From assembly GCA_035544455.1 (NCBI GenBank), contig DATKEI010000078.1, positions 1-39,827 of the forward strand: a stretch of 39,827 nucleotides of DNA, given 5' to 3'. Of the stretch, positions 1-8,197 are shown piece after piece. Made by a program: the position numbers and the translations under genes. Each line of letters opens with the position of its first letter. Within the stretch, counting starts at the first letter, position 1. The notes under the pieces are model-generated. The model did not search any database. It was not told where the DNA came from and saw only the letters and a list, made by a program, of their open reading frames with translations. This stretch comes from Candidatus Binatia bacterium (GTDB lineage Bacteria; Methylomirabilota; Methylomirabilia; Rokubacteriales; CSP1-6).

Positions 1-40
1 AGGTCGGCCGGCCGTCCGTCGTCGAGGCGCCCGCGCCTCC

Positions 41-68
41 GGAGGGGGCGAGAGGGGCAGGGCGAGGG
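41..68. repeat. Partial GC-rich REP-like arm (GGAGGGGGCGAGAGGGGCAGGGCGAGGG)
   Basis: Resembles the right arm GGGGGAGAGGGCAGGGGTGAGGG of the hairpin at 15323-15381. No complementary left arm is visible inside the window. Confidence 0.35.
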
Positions 69-70
69 CA

Positions 71-268
71 ATGTGCCGACAAAGCGCCGGGCGGGGCGGG
101 GGTCCTCCCCGCGGGACACGCTGTGTCGCGGAGCGCTGCCGGCACGCAATGGGGCCACGAGATGGGTGGTGGGTGGCTCCGGCGATCCGCAGAAGATACG
201 GTCCCACGGGGAGGACCCCCACCCCACCCGGCGCCGCGAGTCGACGAGCTTCTGACTCAGGACACTAG
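71..268 (+). repeat. Long-hairpin MITE-like repeat, copy A (left terminus missing, right terminus CTTCTGACTCAGGACACTAG intact)
   Basis: Aligns by eye with copies at 2380-2504, 5047-5264, 15199-15294 and 9470-9500. The internal arms 84-117 and 201-234 are reverse complements at 31 of 34 positions. The stop codon of the lyase gene (265-267) lies inside the terminal repeat. Confidence 0.8.
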
Positions 269-1227
269 CCGCGCGCGGCCGCCTGCCGCGGGAGCCGCTC
301 GGCCACGCCGTCCGGCGCCGGGTAGCGCCGGTCCCACTTGCCGGCCTTGACGACCTGCCCCGGCAACGGCCGGCCGATGATCTCCTGAACGCGCCGCGAG
401 GTGGCGATCAGCGCGTCGAGGTCGGTCCCGGTCTCGACGCCCATCGCGTGCAGGCAGTGCACGAGATCCTCGGTGCAGACGTTACCGGAGGCGCCAGGAG
501 CGAAGGGGCAACCGCCGAGCCCGCCGATGGACGCGTCGAGGTGGGTCACCCCGCACTCCATCGCGGCCAGGATGTTCGGGATCGCCATGGCGCGGGTGTC
601 GTGCGTGTGCAGGGTCCACTCGACGCCCGGAAAGCGGGGCGTGAGGTGGGCGACGACCCGCGCCACCTGGATCGGATTCGCCATGCCGGTCGTGTCGGCC
701 AGGCCGATCCCGCGGGCGCCGAGATCCACCAGGCGGTCCACGACGGACTCGAGCTGGCCGAGCGGCACCTCCCCCTCGAAGGGGCAGCCGAACGCGCACG
801 ACACGCCCGCGGACACGGGAATGCCGGCGCGACGGGCCACCTCGGCCACCGCGCGCAGCTTGGCGATGGACTCGGCGATGGTCATGTTCACGTTGGCCAG
901 GTTGTGGCTCTGGCTGGCGGAGACCACGGTGTGGATCTCGTCCACTCCCGCCTCGACCGCGCGGACCGCGCCCTTGTCGTTGGGGACGAGGGCCGAGTAC
1001 ACCGTCCCCGGGCGGCGCCGGATGCGGGCCATGACCTCCTCGGCGTCGCGCAGCTGCGGAACCGCCTTGGGGGAGACGAAGGAGGTCACCTCGATTCGCG
1101 GCACGCCGGTGGCGGACAGGCGGTCCACCACCTCGACCTTCATCTCGGTCGGGATGAACTCGGGCTCGATCTGAAAGCCGTCCCGGGTCCCCACCTCGCA
1201 GATGCCGACGCGCGTGGGCAGCTTCAT
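265..1227 (-). CDS. Hydroxymethylglutaryl-CoA lyase (HMGL-like, DRE-TIM aldolase)
   Basis: 320-aa ORF. N-terminal EVGTRDGFQ motif, TLHTHDTRAMA and GGLGGCPFAPGASGNV motifs typical of HMG-CoA lyase. AAGGAG RBS upstream of the ATG at 1227. Confidence 0.9.
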   Translation of the reverse strand: MKLPTRVGICEVGTRDGFQIEPEFIPTEMKVEVVDRLSATGVPRIEVTSFVSPKAVPQLRDAEEVMARIRRRPGTVYSALVPNDKGAVRAVEAGVDEIHTVVSASQSHNLANVNMTIAESIAKLRAVAEVARRAGIPVSAGVSCAFGCPFEGEVPLGQLESVVDRLVDLGARGIGLADTTGMANPIQVARVVAHLTPRFPGVEWTLHTHDTRAMAIPNILAAMECGVTHLDASIGGLGGCPFAPGASGNVCTEDLVHCLHAMGVETGTDLDALIATSRRVQEIIGRPLPGQVVKAGKWDRRYPAPDGVAERLPRQAAARG

Positions 1228-1337
1228 AGCGGGGGTCTCCTTCTCGCCGTGTTGTGCCGGGCCCGCTCACCGTCGATCGCGGCCGAGCACGCGACTTCAC
1301 TCTAGCGCGGCGGGATGCCGATGGCCAGCGCCCCGGT

Positions 1338-2282
1338 CTACGCCGGCGCCGCGAACGTGAAGGTGCTGCCCACCGAGCTCCAGACGACGGCCGGTCCGAG
1401 GCGGGTCCCGAGGGCGACCATGGCCTCCATCCCCGTGCAGTGCTGGGGGACGAGGTAGTCGACGCCCAGCTCCCGGAAGGCATCGACCACCCGCGCGATG
1501 CGCTCCTCGCCGAGTCCGCTCAGGTGGAAGCCCCCCACCACGGCGTGGATTCGCGGCACGCCGGCCACTCGCGCGGCGTGCCGGCAGATGCCGATGATGC
1601 CGCGATGGGAGCACGAGGTCACCACCACCAGGCCGCGGTCGCGGACGTGGGCGACGAGCGTCTGCTCGCCGATGAAGGTGTCCGGGACCACCTGGCCGTC
1701 CCGCTCCACCCGGAGCGAGGCCGGGATGGTCTCGAAGGGCAGGGCCTCGTGCATCTCCCCCGAGAGCATCACGCCCTCGGCCAGCGCCGTCGGTCCGGCG
1801 ACGACGGACACGGCCAGCTCCTGTCTCAAGAGCTCGTCGCGGTCGAGCCGGCCCATGTAGACTCGCTGGCCCTCCCGCTCGTTGTAGCGGGGCAGGAAGT
1901 GGTCGACGCCGGCGTAGAAGGGCAGGCCCGGGCGCAGCAGGTGCCGGTACGTCGAGAGGAAGGTGCGGAGGCCGCCGAAGTGATCCAGGTGGCCGTGGCT
2001 CAGGGCGAGGGCGTCGAGGCGCCGGGGGTCGAGGTCGAGCTCGCGGACGTTGTGGGTGTAACCATCGCCGCTCATGCCCCAGTCGAAGGCGATGCACGAG
2101 GTCTGCCCGCCTCGCGTGACCTCGATCCAGTGCCCGAGGCCGTGCTCGGCGCGCAGCGCCGGCATTTTCCGGGCGCGGGCGTGGGTGAAGCGGCGCGCCA
2201 CCTTCTCGTCCGAGCGCAGGTTGTCGATCGAGTTGTCGACGACGGTGGTGACGGCAATGCGGTCGACGGGGGCGAGCGTCAT
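1338..2282 (-). CDS. MBL-fold metallo-hydrolase (COG1237-like)
   Basis: HGHLDH metal motif. I placed the start at MTLAPVDRIAV (ATG 2280-2282) because the upstream part of the 377-aa track ORF runs through the repeat and is Arg/Ala junk. Confidence 0.8.
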   Translation of the reverse strand: MTLAPVDRIAVTTVVDNSIDNLRSDEKVARRFTHARARKMPALRAEHGLGHWIEVTRGGQTSCIAFDWGMSGDGYTHNVRELDLDPRRLDALALSHGHLDHFGGLRTFLSTYRHLLRPGLPFYAGVDHFLPRYNEREGQRVYMGRLDRDELLRQELAVSVVAGPTALAEGVMLSGEMHEALPFETIPASLRVERDGQVVPDTFIGEQTLVAHVRDRGLVVVTSCSHRGIIGICRHAARVAGVPRIHAVVGGFHLSGLGEERIARVVDAFRELGVDYLVPQHCTGMEAMVALGTRLGPAVVWSSVGSTFTFAAPA

Positions 2283-2356
2283 CCCCGCCACTCTAGCATG
2301 CGCGCCGCCGGCCGCCCGGCCACTGCGCCCCCCGCGCCGGCGGGGCGCCGCCGCCC

Positions 2357-2386
2357 TTGACCGGCCAGGGGCCGCCCGGCTAGTGT
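2357..2386 (+). promoter_or_regulatory. Candidate sigma-70-type promoter TTGACC-N18-TAGTGT
   Basis: Good -35 hexamer within the conserved CCTTGACCGGCCAGGGG box. The -10-like TAGTGT is the first 6 nt of repeat copy B. It lies upstream of the acylase gene. Not validated. Confidence 0.3.
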
Positions 2387-2504
2387 CCTGAGTCAGAAAC
2401 GGGCCGACAAGCGCCGGGGGGCGGGGCCCTTCCCGCGGGACACGCCTGTAACGCGAGAGCGCTGCCGGCACTCAATGGGGCCACGAGAAGCCACGCTCCC
2501 GCGC
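2380..2504 (+). repeat. Long-hairpin MITE-like repeat, copy B (left terminus CTAGTGTCCTGAGTCAGAAA, right arm absent)
   Basis: The left terminus matches the reverse complement of the copy A right terminus at 19 of 20 positions. The interior matches A and C up to AATGGGGCCACGAG, then has an internal deletion and diverges. Confidence 0.75.
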
Positions 2505-2533
2505 CTCCTGGAACGGCCCTGACGGGAGACATC

Positions 2534-4897
2534 ATGAGCGATCTCGGCGGTGGCGTTCCCGGCACCTCCTCGACCGTCCGCGGGCTCGGCGCTCGCGTCG
2601 AGATCTGGCGCGACGGGCTCGGGATCCCTCACGTGCGAGCGGCCTCCACGCGCGATGCGTTCGTCGGCCAGGGCTTCGTCCACGCGCAGGACCGTCTGTG
2701 GCAGATGGAGTACGATCGCCGTCGCGCCTACGGGCGCTGGGCGGAGGTGGCCGGGCCGGATGCCGTCGCGCAGGACGTCCAGATGCGGCGCTTCCGGCTG
2801 GAGGCGAGCGCGCGGGCCGACTACGCCGCCGTGGACGCGGTCACGCGCGACATGCTCGAGGCCTTTGCCGAGGGCGTGAACGCCTTCGGCGCCGGTGCGC
2901 CCGCGCCGGGCGTGGAGTTCCAGCTGGCCGACTTCCGGCCGGAGCCGTGGCAGCCGTGGGACAGCGCCGCCGTGTTCAAGGTGCGTCACATCCTGATGGG
3001 CACCTGGCAAGTCAAGGCGTGGCGGGCTCGCCTGGTGCGCCATCTGGGCGCGGCCCGGGCGGCTGCGCTGTGCCCGGGCACGCAGGGCCACCCGGTCCTG
3101 ATCGTGCCGCCCGGGGCGCTTTTCGAGGGGCCCGACGATCAGGGGGTCGCCGCCGCTCTCGAGGCTCTCACCGCCGCCGAGGCGAGCCTGCCCGCCCTGC
3201 CGGAATGGGAGGTCGGCAGCAACAACTGGGCGCTGTCGGGCCGGTTCACCGTCTCCGGCAAGCCGCTCGTGGCCGGCGATCCCCATCGCCCCCTGGACGT
3301 GCCGTCCGTGTACTACCAGAACCACATCGCCAGCCCGGAGTTCGACGCGATCGGGCTGTCGTTCCCCGGCGTGCCCGGGCTCTCGCACTTCGGCCACAAT
3401 GCGCACGTGGCCTGGTGTGTGACCCACGCCCAGGCCGACTACCAGGACCTGTACGTCGAGCGCTTCGACCGCGACGACCCCGGCCGGTACGAGTTCGAGG
3501 GGCGATGGCGCCCGGCCGAGGTGGCGCGGGAGACCATTTGCGTGCGGGGCGCGGCGCCGGTGCCGATCGACGTCACCGTCACGCACCACGGACCGATCGT
3601 GCTCGGCGATCCTGGCCTCGGCCACGCCATCGCCTTCCGGTACACCGCGACCGCGGCGCCCAACCGGACCTTCGAGGCGTTCCTGCCCATGCTGCGCGCC
3701 CGCTCGGCGGACGAGCTCCGCGCCTCCCAGCGGCCGTGGGTGGACCCCGCCAACAACCTCGTGTATGCCGACGTGCACGGGGCCATCGGGTATCTGACCC
3801 GGGGCGAGGTGCCGCTGCGCGCCACCGCCAACGCGTGGCTGCCCGTCCCGGGCTGGGACGGCGCGCACGAGTGGCAGGGCGCCATTCCCTTCGAGGCGAT
3901 GCCGGCCCTGCGCGATCCCGCCGCCGGTTTCGTGGCCACCGCCAACAGCCGCATCGTCGGCGCCGACTATCCACATCACCTCGGCCTCGACTGGAGCCCC
4001 GACTTCCGGACGCGGCGGCTCGTCGACCGGCTGCGCGGGCTGACCGGCGCGACCGTGGGCGACATGGCGGCGATCCACGCGGACCGGATCTCGATCCCCG
4101 CGCGGGAGATGGTGGCAATCCTGCGCGCTCACGCCGGCGAGATCGCGCGGGCCGGCGAGGGAGCGCCGCCGGCCCCGGGGGCGGGCGGGGCAGTCGCGGC
4201 CGCGCTCGCGCGGCTTTCCGCATGGGACGGCGACATGGACCGCCACCTGGTCGCGCCGACGATCTACAGCGCGTTTCGCGAGCGGCTGATGCGCGACCTC
4301 CTGGAGCCGATGCTCGGGCCCCTGGCCGGGGAGGCCTTCGCCGGCACGCCCCGGGGCGCGGTCGGGCACATGGCCCGGCTTCGCGCGCTGCTCCCCGATC
4401 TGATCCGCGCCGGCGACCGCACCCTCCTCCCCCCGGGCGGCACCTGGCCCGGGGCGCTGGCCCGGGCGCTCGCGGGCGCCGTGACCGCCCTCCGGCAAGC
4501 GCTCGGAGACGACGCGTCCGCCTGGACCTGGGGCCGCGTGCACACGACCGTGCCCGAGCATCCGCTGGCACCCGTGTACCCGGAGTGGGCGGCCCGCCTC
4601 AATCCCCCGCCGGTCGCCATGGGCGGGGATGCCGACACGGTGCACGCCGCCTCCTTCCTGCCCGGAGCGCCGTACGGGGTCAGCTCGACCTCGGTGGCCC
4701 GCTACGTGTTCGACCTCGCCGACTGGGAGCGGAGCGCGTGGGTCGTGCCTCTCGGGGCCTCCGGCCACCCGGGCAGTGCCCACTACGCCGACCAGGGCGC
4801 CGCCTGGGGGGAGGGCCGGCTCTTCCCGATGCGCTATGTGTGGGCGGCGATCGCGCGCGACGCCGAAGCCCACCAGGTCCTCGACCCGGCGTCCTGA
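2534..4897 (+). CDS. Penicillin acylase family protein (Ntn hydrolase, peptidase S45)
   Basis: 787 aa. Motifs WRDGLGIPHV, FVHAQDRLWQME and the autoprocessing site G-SNNWALSG, followed by GDPH. Confidence 0.92.
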   Translation: MSDLGGGVPGTSSTVRGLGARVEIWRDGLGIPHVRAASTRDAFVGQGFVHAQDRLWQMEYDRRRAYGRWAEVAGPDAVAQDVQMRRFRLEASARADYAAVDAVTRDMLEAFAEGVNAFGAGAPAPGVEFQLADFRPEPWQPWDSAAVFKVRHILMGTWQVKAWRARLVRHLGAARAAALCPGTQGHPVLIVPPGALFEGPDDQGVAAALEALTAAEASLPALPEWEVGSNNWALSGRFTVSGKPLVAGDPHRPLDVPSVYYQNHIASPEFDAIGLSFPGVPGLSHFGHNAHVAWCVTHAQADYQDLYVERFDRDDPGRYEFEGRWRPAEVARETICVRGAAPVPIDVTVTHHGPIVLGDPGLGHAIAFRYTATAAPNRTFEAFLPMLRARSADELRASQRPWVDPANNLVYADVHGAIGYLTRGEVPLRATANAWLPVPGWDGAHEWQGAIPFEAMPALRDPAAGFVATANSRIVGADYPHHLGLDWSPDFRTRRLVDRLRGLTGATVGDMAAIHADRISIPAREMVAILRAHAGEIARAGEGAPPAPGAGGAVAAALARLSAWDGDMDRHLVAPTIYSAFRERLMRDLLEPMLGPLAGEAFAGTPRGAVGHMARLRALLPDLIRAGDRTLLPPGGTWPGALARALAGAVTALRQALGDDASAWTWGRVHTTVPEHPLAPVYPEWAARLNPPPVAMGGDADTVHAASFLPGAPYGVSSTSVARYVFDLADWERSAWVVPLGASGHPGSAHYADQGAAWGEGRLFPMRYVWAAIARDAEAHQVLDPAS

Positions 4898-5003
4898 CCC
4901 GGCCCACGCCGTTGCCGTCCCGGGATCGCCGGGACCCCCTCCGCGCCGCGTGGCCACTCCTGCCGGGGGCGGCCGCCCGCTTCGACCCTCCCCGCCCCCG
5001 GCC

Positions 5004-5033
5004 TTGACACGGCCAGCGGCGGGGCGCTAACTC
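5004..5033 (+). promoter_or_regulatory. Candidate promoter TTGACA-N18-TAACTC
   Basis: Perfect -35 within a CCTTGACACGGCCAGCGG box similar to 2355-2371. The -10 is weak. It lies upstream of repeat copy C and the ADH gene. Confidence 0.25.
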
Positions 5034-5046
5034 TCGTCTCGTCCTT

Positions 5047-5264
5047 GGTGTCCCGGGTCAGGGATCGGTCGACACAGCGCCGGGCGAGGCGGAGGGGCCC
5101 TCCCCGCGCGACCCGCCTGTAACGCGGGAGCGTCGCCGGCACTCGATGGGGCCCGGGATGGATGGTGGGTGGCTCTGGCAATCCGCAGAAGCCACGGTCC
5201 CGCGGGGAGGGCCCCCGCCCCACCCGGCGCCGTGAGTCGCCGAACGTTCGACTCGGGACACTGG
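5047..5264 (+). repeat. Long-hairpin MITE-like repeat, copy C (full length, both termini)
   Basis: Left terminus GGTGTCCCGGGTCAG, right terminus CGACTCGGGACACTGG. Internal arms are complementary. It occupies the acylase-ADH intergenic region. Confidence 0.85.
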
Positions 5265-5344
5265 CGCTCTTGCCCTGCGCAGTGCCGTTCGATCAGCGCG
5301 TGGCCCGGTGGCGTGCCCGCGGCCGGCGTCGACAGGAGTGTGAG

Positions 5345-6424
5345 ATGCAAGCTGCCATGTTCCACGGCCCGCACCAGCCGCTGACCATCGAGGACGTCGA
5401 CGTCGACAAGCCCATGGGCCGCGAGGTGCTGGTGCGCACCGTCGCCTCCGGCGTCTGCCACAGCGACCTGCACTTCGTCGACGGCCTCTACCCGTTCCCG
5501 ACCCCCGCCGTTCTCGGCCACGAGGCGGCCGGGATCGTCGAATCCGTGGGTCTGCAGGTGGCGGATCTCAAGCCCGGCGACCATGTCATCGCGTGCTTGT
5601 CCGTCTTCTGCGGCCAGTGCGACTACTGCCTGACCGGCAAGACCCATCTCTGCCAGACGCGGCCGGTGCGCGCCAAGGGCGATCCGCCGAAGCTCTCCTG
5701 GAAGGGGCAACCCGTCAATCAGTTCGCCAACCTGTCCGCGTACGCCGAGAAGATGCTCGTCCACGAGAACGCCCTCGTGAAGATCGCGACCGACATGCCG
5801 CTCGACCGCGCCGCGCTCATCGGCTGCGGGGTCACCACCGGCGTGGGCGCCGTGCTGAACACCGCGCGGATCGAGCCCGGGTCCACGGTCGCCGTCTTCG
5901 GGACCGGCGGTGTCGGGCTTGCCGCCATCCAGGGCGCGCGCATCGCGGGTGCGCGCATGATCATCGCGGTCGACGTGGTGGAGGCGAAGTTCGCCAAGGC
6001 CCGCGAGCTCGGCGCCACTCACGCCGTCAACGCCGCCAGCGGCGATCCCGTCAAGGCCATCCGCGACCTGACGAACGGCGGCGTCGACTACTCGTTCGAG
6101 GCCATCGGCCTCAAGGTCGCCGCCGAGCAGTGTTTCGACTGCATCCGGCCGGGCGGCACCGCCACCGTCATCGGCATGATCCCGGTGGGTCAGAAGATCG
6201 AGCTCGACGGGCCCATGTTCCTGCGCGAGAAGAAGATCCAGGGCTGCAGCATGGGCTCCAACCGCTTCAAGGTCGACATGCCCCGCTACATCGACTTCTA
6301 CCGCCAGGGCCGGCTCAAGCTGGACGAGATGATCACCCGGCGCGGGCGGCTCGAGGACGTCAACGAGGCCTTCCGGGCCATGAAGGCCGGCGAGGTCGCC
6401 CGCACCGTCCTGATGTTCGACTAG
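5345..6424 (+). CDS. Zinc-dependent alcohol dehydrogenase (MDR family)
   Basis: GVCHSDLH and GHEAAGIV catalytic-Zn motifs, CGQCDYCLTGKTHLC structural-Zn loop, GTGGVGL Rossmann motif. The start at ATG 5345 is preceded by AGGAG. The upstream part of the track ORF lies in the repeat. Confidence 0.9.
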   Translation: MQAAMFHGPHQPLTIEDVDVDKPMGREVLVRTVASGVCHSDLHFVDGLYPFPTPAVLGHEAAGIVESVGLQVADLKPGDHVIACLSVFCGQCDYCLTGKTHLCQTRPVRAKGDPPKLSWKGQPVNQFANLSAYAEKMLVHENALVKIATDMPLDRAALIGCGVTTGVGAVLNTARIEPGSTVAVFGTGGVGLAAIQGARIAGARMIIAVDVVEAKFAKARELGATHAVNAASGDPVKAIRDLTNGGVDYSFEAIGLKVAAEQCFDCIRPGGTATVIGMIPVGQKIELDGPMFLREKKIQGCSMGSNRFKVDMPRYIDFYRQGRLKLDEMITRRGRLEDVNEAFRAMKAGEVARTVLMFD

Positions 6425-6468
6425 CCCGGATCGGAGATGTGCCTCGCGGGGAGTGAGAGGAGCGTCGC

Positions 6469-7902
6469 ATGGCCGAGTTCGACACCGTCATCCGCAACGG
6501 AGTGATCGCCACCGCCTCCGATGTCTTCCCGGCCGACGTCGGCATCGCGGGCGGGGTCATCGCCGCGCTGGGGCGGAGCCTGGCGCCCGCGCGCCGCGAG
6601 ATCGACGCGGCCGGCCGTTACGTGCTGCCCGGCGGCATCGACGCCCACTGTCACTTCGACCAGCCCATGCGGGGCGGCGTCACCCTGGCCGACGACTTTC
6701 TCTCCGGCCCGATCTCGGCCGCGCATGGCGGGACGACCACGGTGGTGCCGTTCGCGTGCCAGCAAGCGGGGCAGAGCATCCGGGCGGCGGTCGAGGACTA
6801 CCACCGCCGCGCCGCCGGCAAGCCGGTCATCGACTACGCCTTTCACCTGATCATCTCGGATCCCACGGAGGACGTCCGGCGGCGCGAGCTCCCCGCGCTG
6901 ATCGACGAGGGGTACACCTCGTTCAAGATCTACATGACCTACGAGACCCTCCGGCTCGACGACCGGCAGATCATCTCGGTGCTGGCCCTGGCCCGGCGCG
7001 AAGGGGCCATGGTCATGGTGCATGCCGAGCATTCCGACGGCATCACGTGGCTGACCGCCGAGCTCGAGCGAGCGGGCAAGACTGCGCCGTACTTCCACGC
7101 GCTGTCGCGGCCGGCCGCCGTCGAGCGGGAGGGCGCCCACCGGGCCATCACCATGTCCGAGATCGTGGACGTGCCCATCCTGCTCGTGCACGTCTCCGGT
7201 GGCGAGACCGTCGAGCAGATCCGCGCGGCCCAGGGGCGCGGGCTCAGGATCTACGCCGAGACGTGCCCGCAGTACCTGGTCCTGACCGCCGACCACCTCG
7301 ATGCGCCCGGGTTCGAGGGCGCCAAGTTCGTGTGTAGCCCGCCGCCGCGCGATGCGGAGAGCCAGCGCGCGGTGTGGAACGGCATCACGAGCGGCGTGTT
7401 CCAGGTCATCTCGTCCGACCACGCGGCCTTCAGGTTCGACGGTCCCGCGGGCAAGAAGGCCCATGGCGAGGACGCCCCCTTTACCCGCATCCCGAACGGC
7501 GTGCCCGGCGTGGAGACGCGCCTGCCCATCTTCTTCTCCGAGGGCGTGGCCAAGGGGCGCATCGACCTCCCGACCTTCGTGGCCCTGACCGCGACGAATC
7601 CCGCCCGCATCTACGGGCTCTACCCGCGCAAGGGAACCATCGCGGTGGGCGCGGACGCCGACCTTGCTATCTGGAACCCGGACCGCGAGGTGGTGATCAC
7701 CAACGACCTCCTGCACCACGACTGCGACTACACTCCCTACGAGGGCATGGCGGTACGCGGGTGGCCGGAGGTGGTGATGTCGCGGGGAGAGATCGTCGTG
7801 GAGGAGGGCAAGCTCCTGGCCGAGCCCGGGCAGGGGCGCTTCCTGCGCTGCGACCGCCCATCGCCGGCGCGGCCGCGCGCGCTCGGACCCGCGTCCGCCT
7901 GA
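6469..7902 (+). CDS. Dihydropyrimidinase / D-hydantoinase (cyclic amidohydrolase)
   Basis: 477 aa. Motifs GGIDAHCHFD, SFKIYM (carbamylated Lys region), VHAE, LLVHVS and SSDHAAF. GAGGAG RBS. Confidence 0.9.
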   Translation: MAEFDTVIRNGVIATASDVFPADVGIAGGVIAALGRSLAPARREIDAAGRYVLPGGIDAHCHFDQPMRGGVTLADDFLSGPISAAHGGTTTVVPFACQQAGQSIRAAVEDYHRRAAGKPVIDYAFHLIISDPTEDVRRRELPALIDEGYTSFKIYMTYETLRLDDRQIISVLALARREGAMVMVHAEHSDGITWLTAELERAGKTAPYFHALSRPAAVEREGAHRAITMSEIVDVPILLVHVSGGETVEQIRAAQGRGLRIYAETCPQYLVLTADHLDAPGFEGAKFVCSPPPRDAESQRAVWNGITSGVFQVISSDHAAFRFDGPAGKKAHGEDAPFTRIPNGVPGVETRLPIFFSEGVAKGRIDLPTFVALTATNPARIYGLYPRKGTIAVGADADLAIWNPDREVVITNDLLHHDCDYTPYEGMAVRGWPEVVMSRGEIVVEEGKLLAEPGQGRFLRCDRPSPARPRALGPASA

Positions 7903-8197
7903 TCCGGTTGCGTCCTGCCCCCGGCGCGGTGCTCCCCCGAGGACCTGCTGCCGGGTCGCCCGGCCCTCGAGCAGATGTTGTCGAGGTCGACCGGGGAAGG
8001 ATCGGCTCCGCCCCCACCCTGAGTGCGATTCAAGTACGAGGAGCGGCGGCTGGCCGGTCGCGAGTCTCCTGTCACCAACCCTGCTATCGGAGGGTTGCAA
8101 TCGGCTTCGAGCGGCGTCGCGCCCTGGACAGTTGGAGCACGGGACACTGGCTAGCGCGCACCGCGGCGCTCCCCGCCGGTCCCGGGCGGGAACGAGC

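Noticed and set aside
2393-4957. 854-aa ORF on the minus strand
   Set aside because: It lies exactly antisense to the well-supported penicillin acylase CDS. Its Arg/Gly/Pro/Ala-dominated translation is typical of shadow ORFs in very GC-rich DNA.
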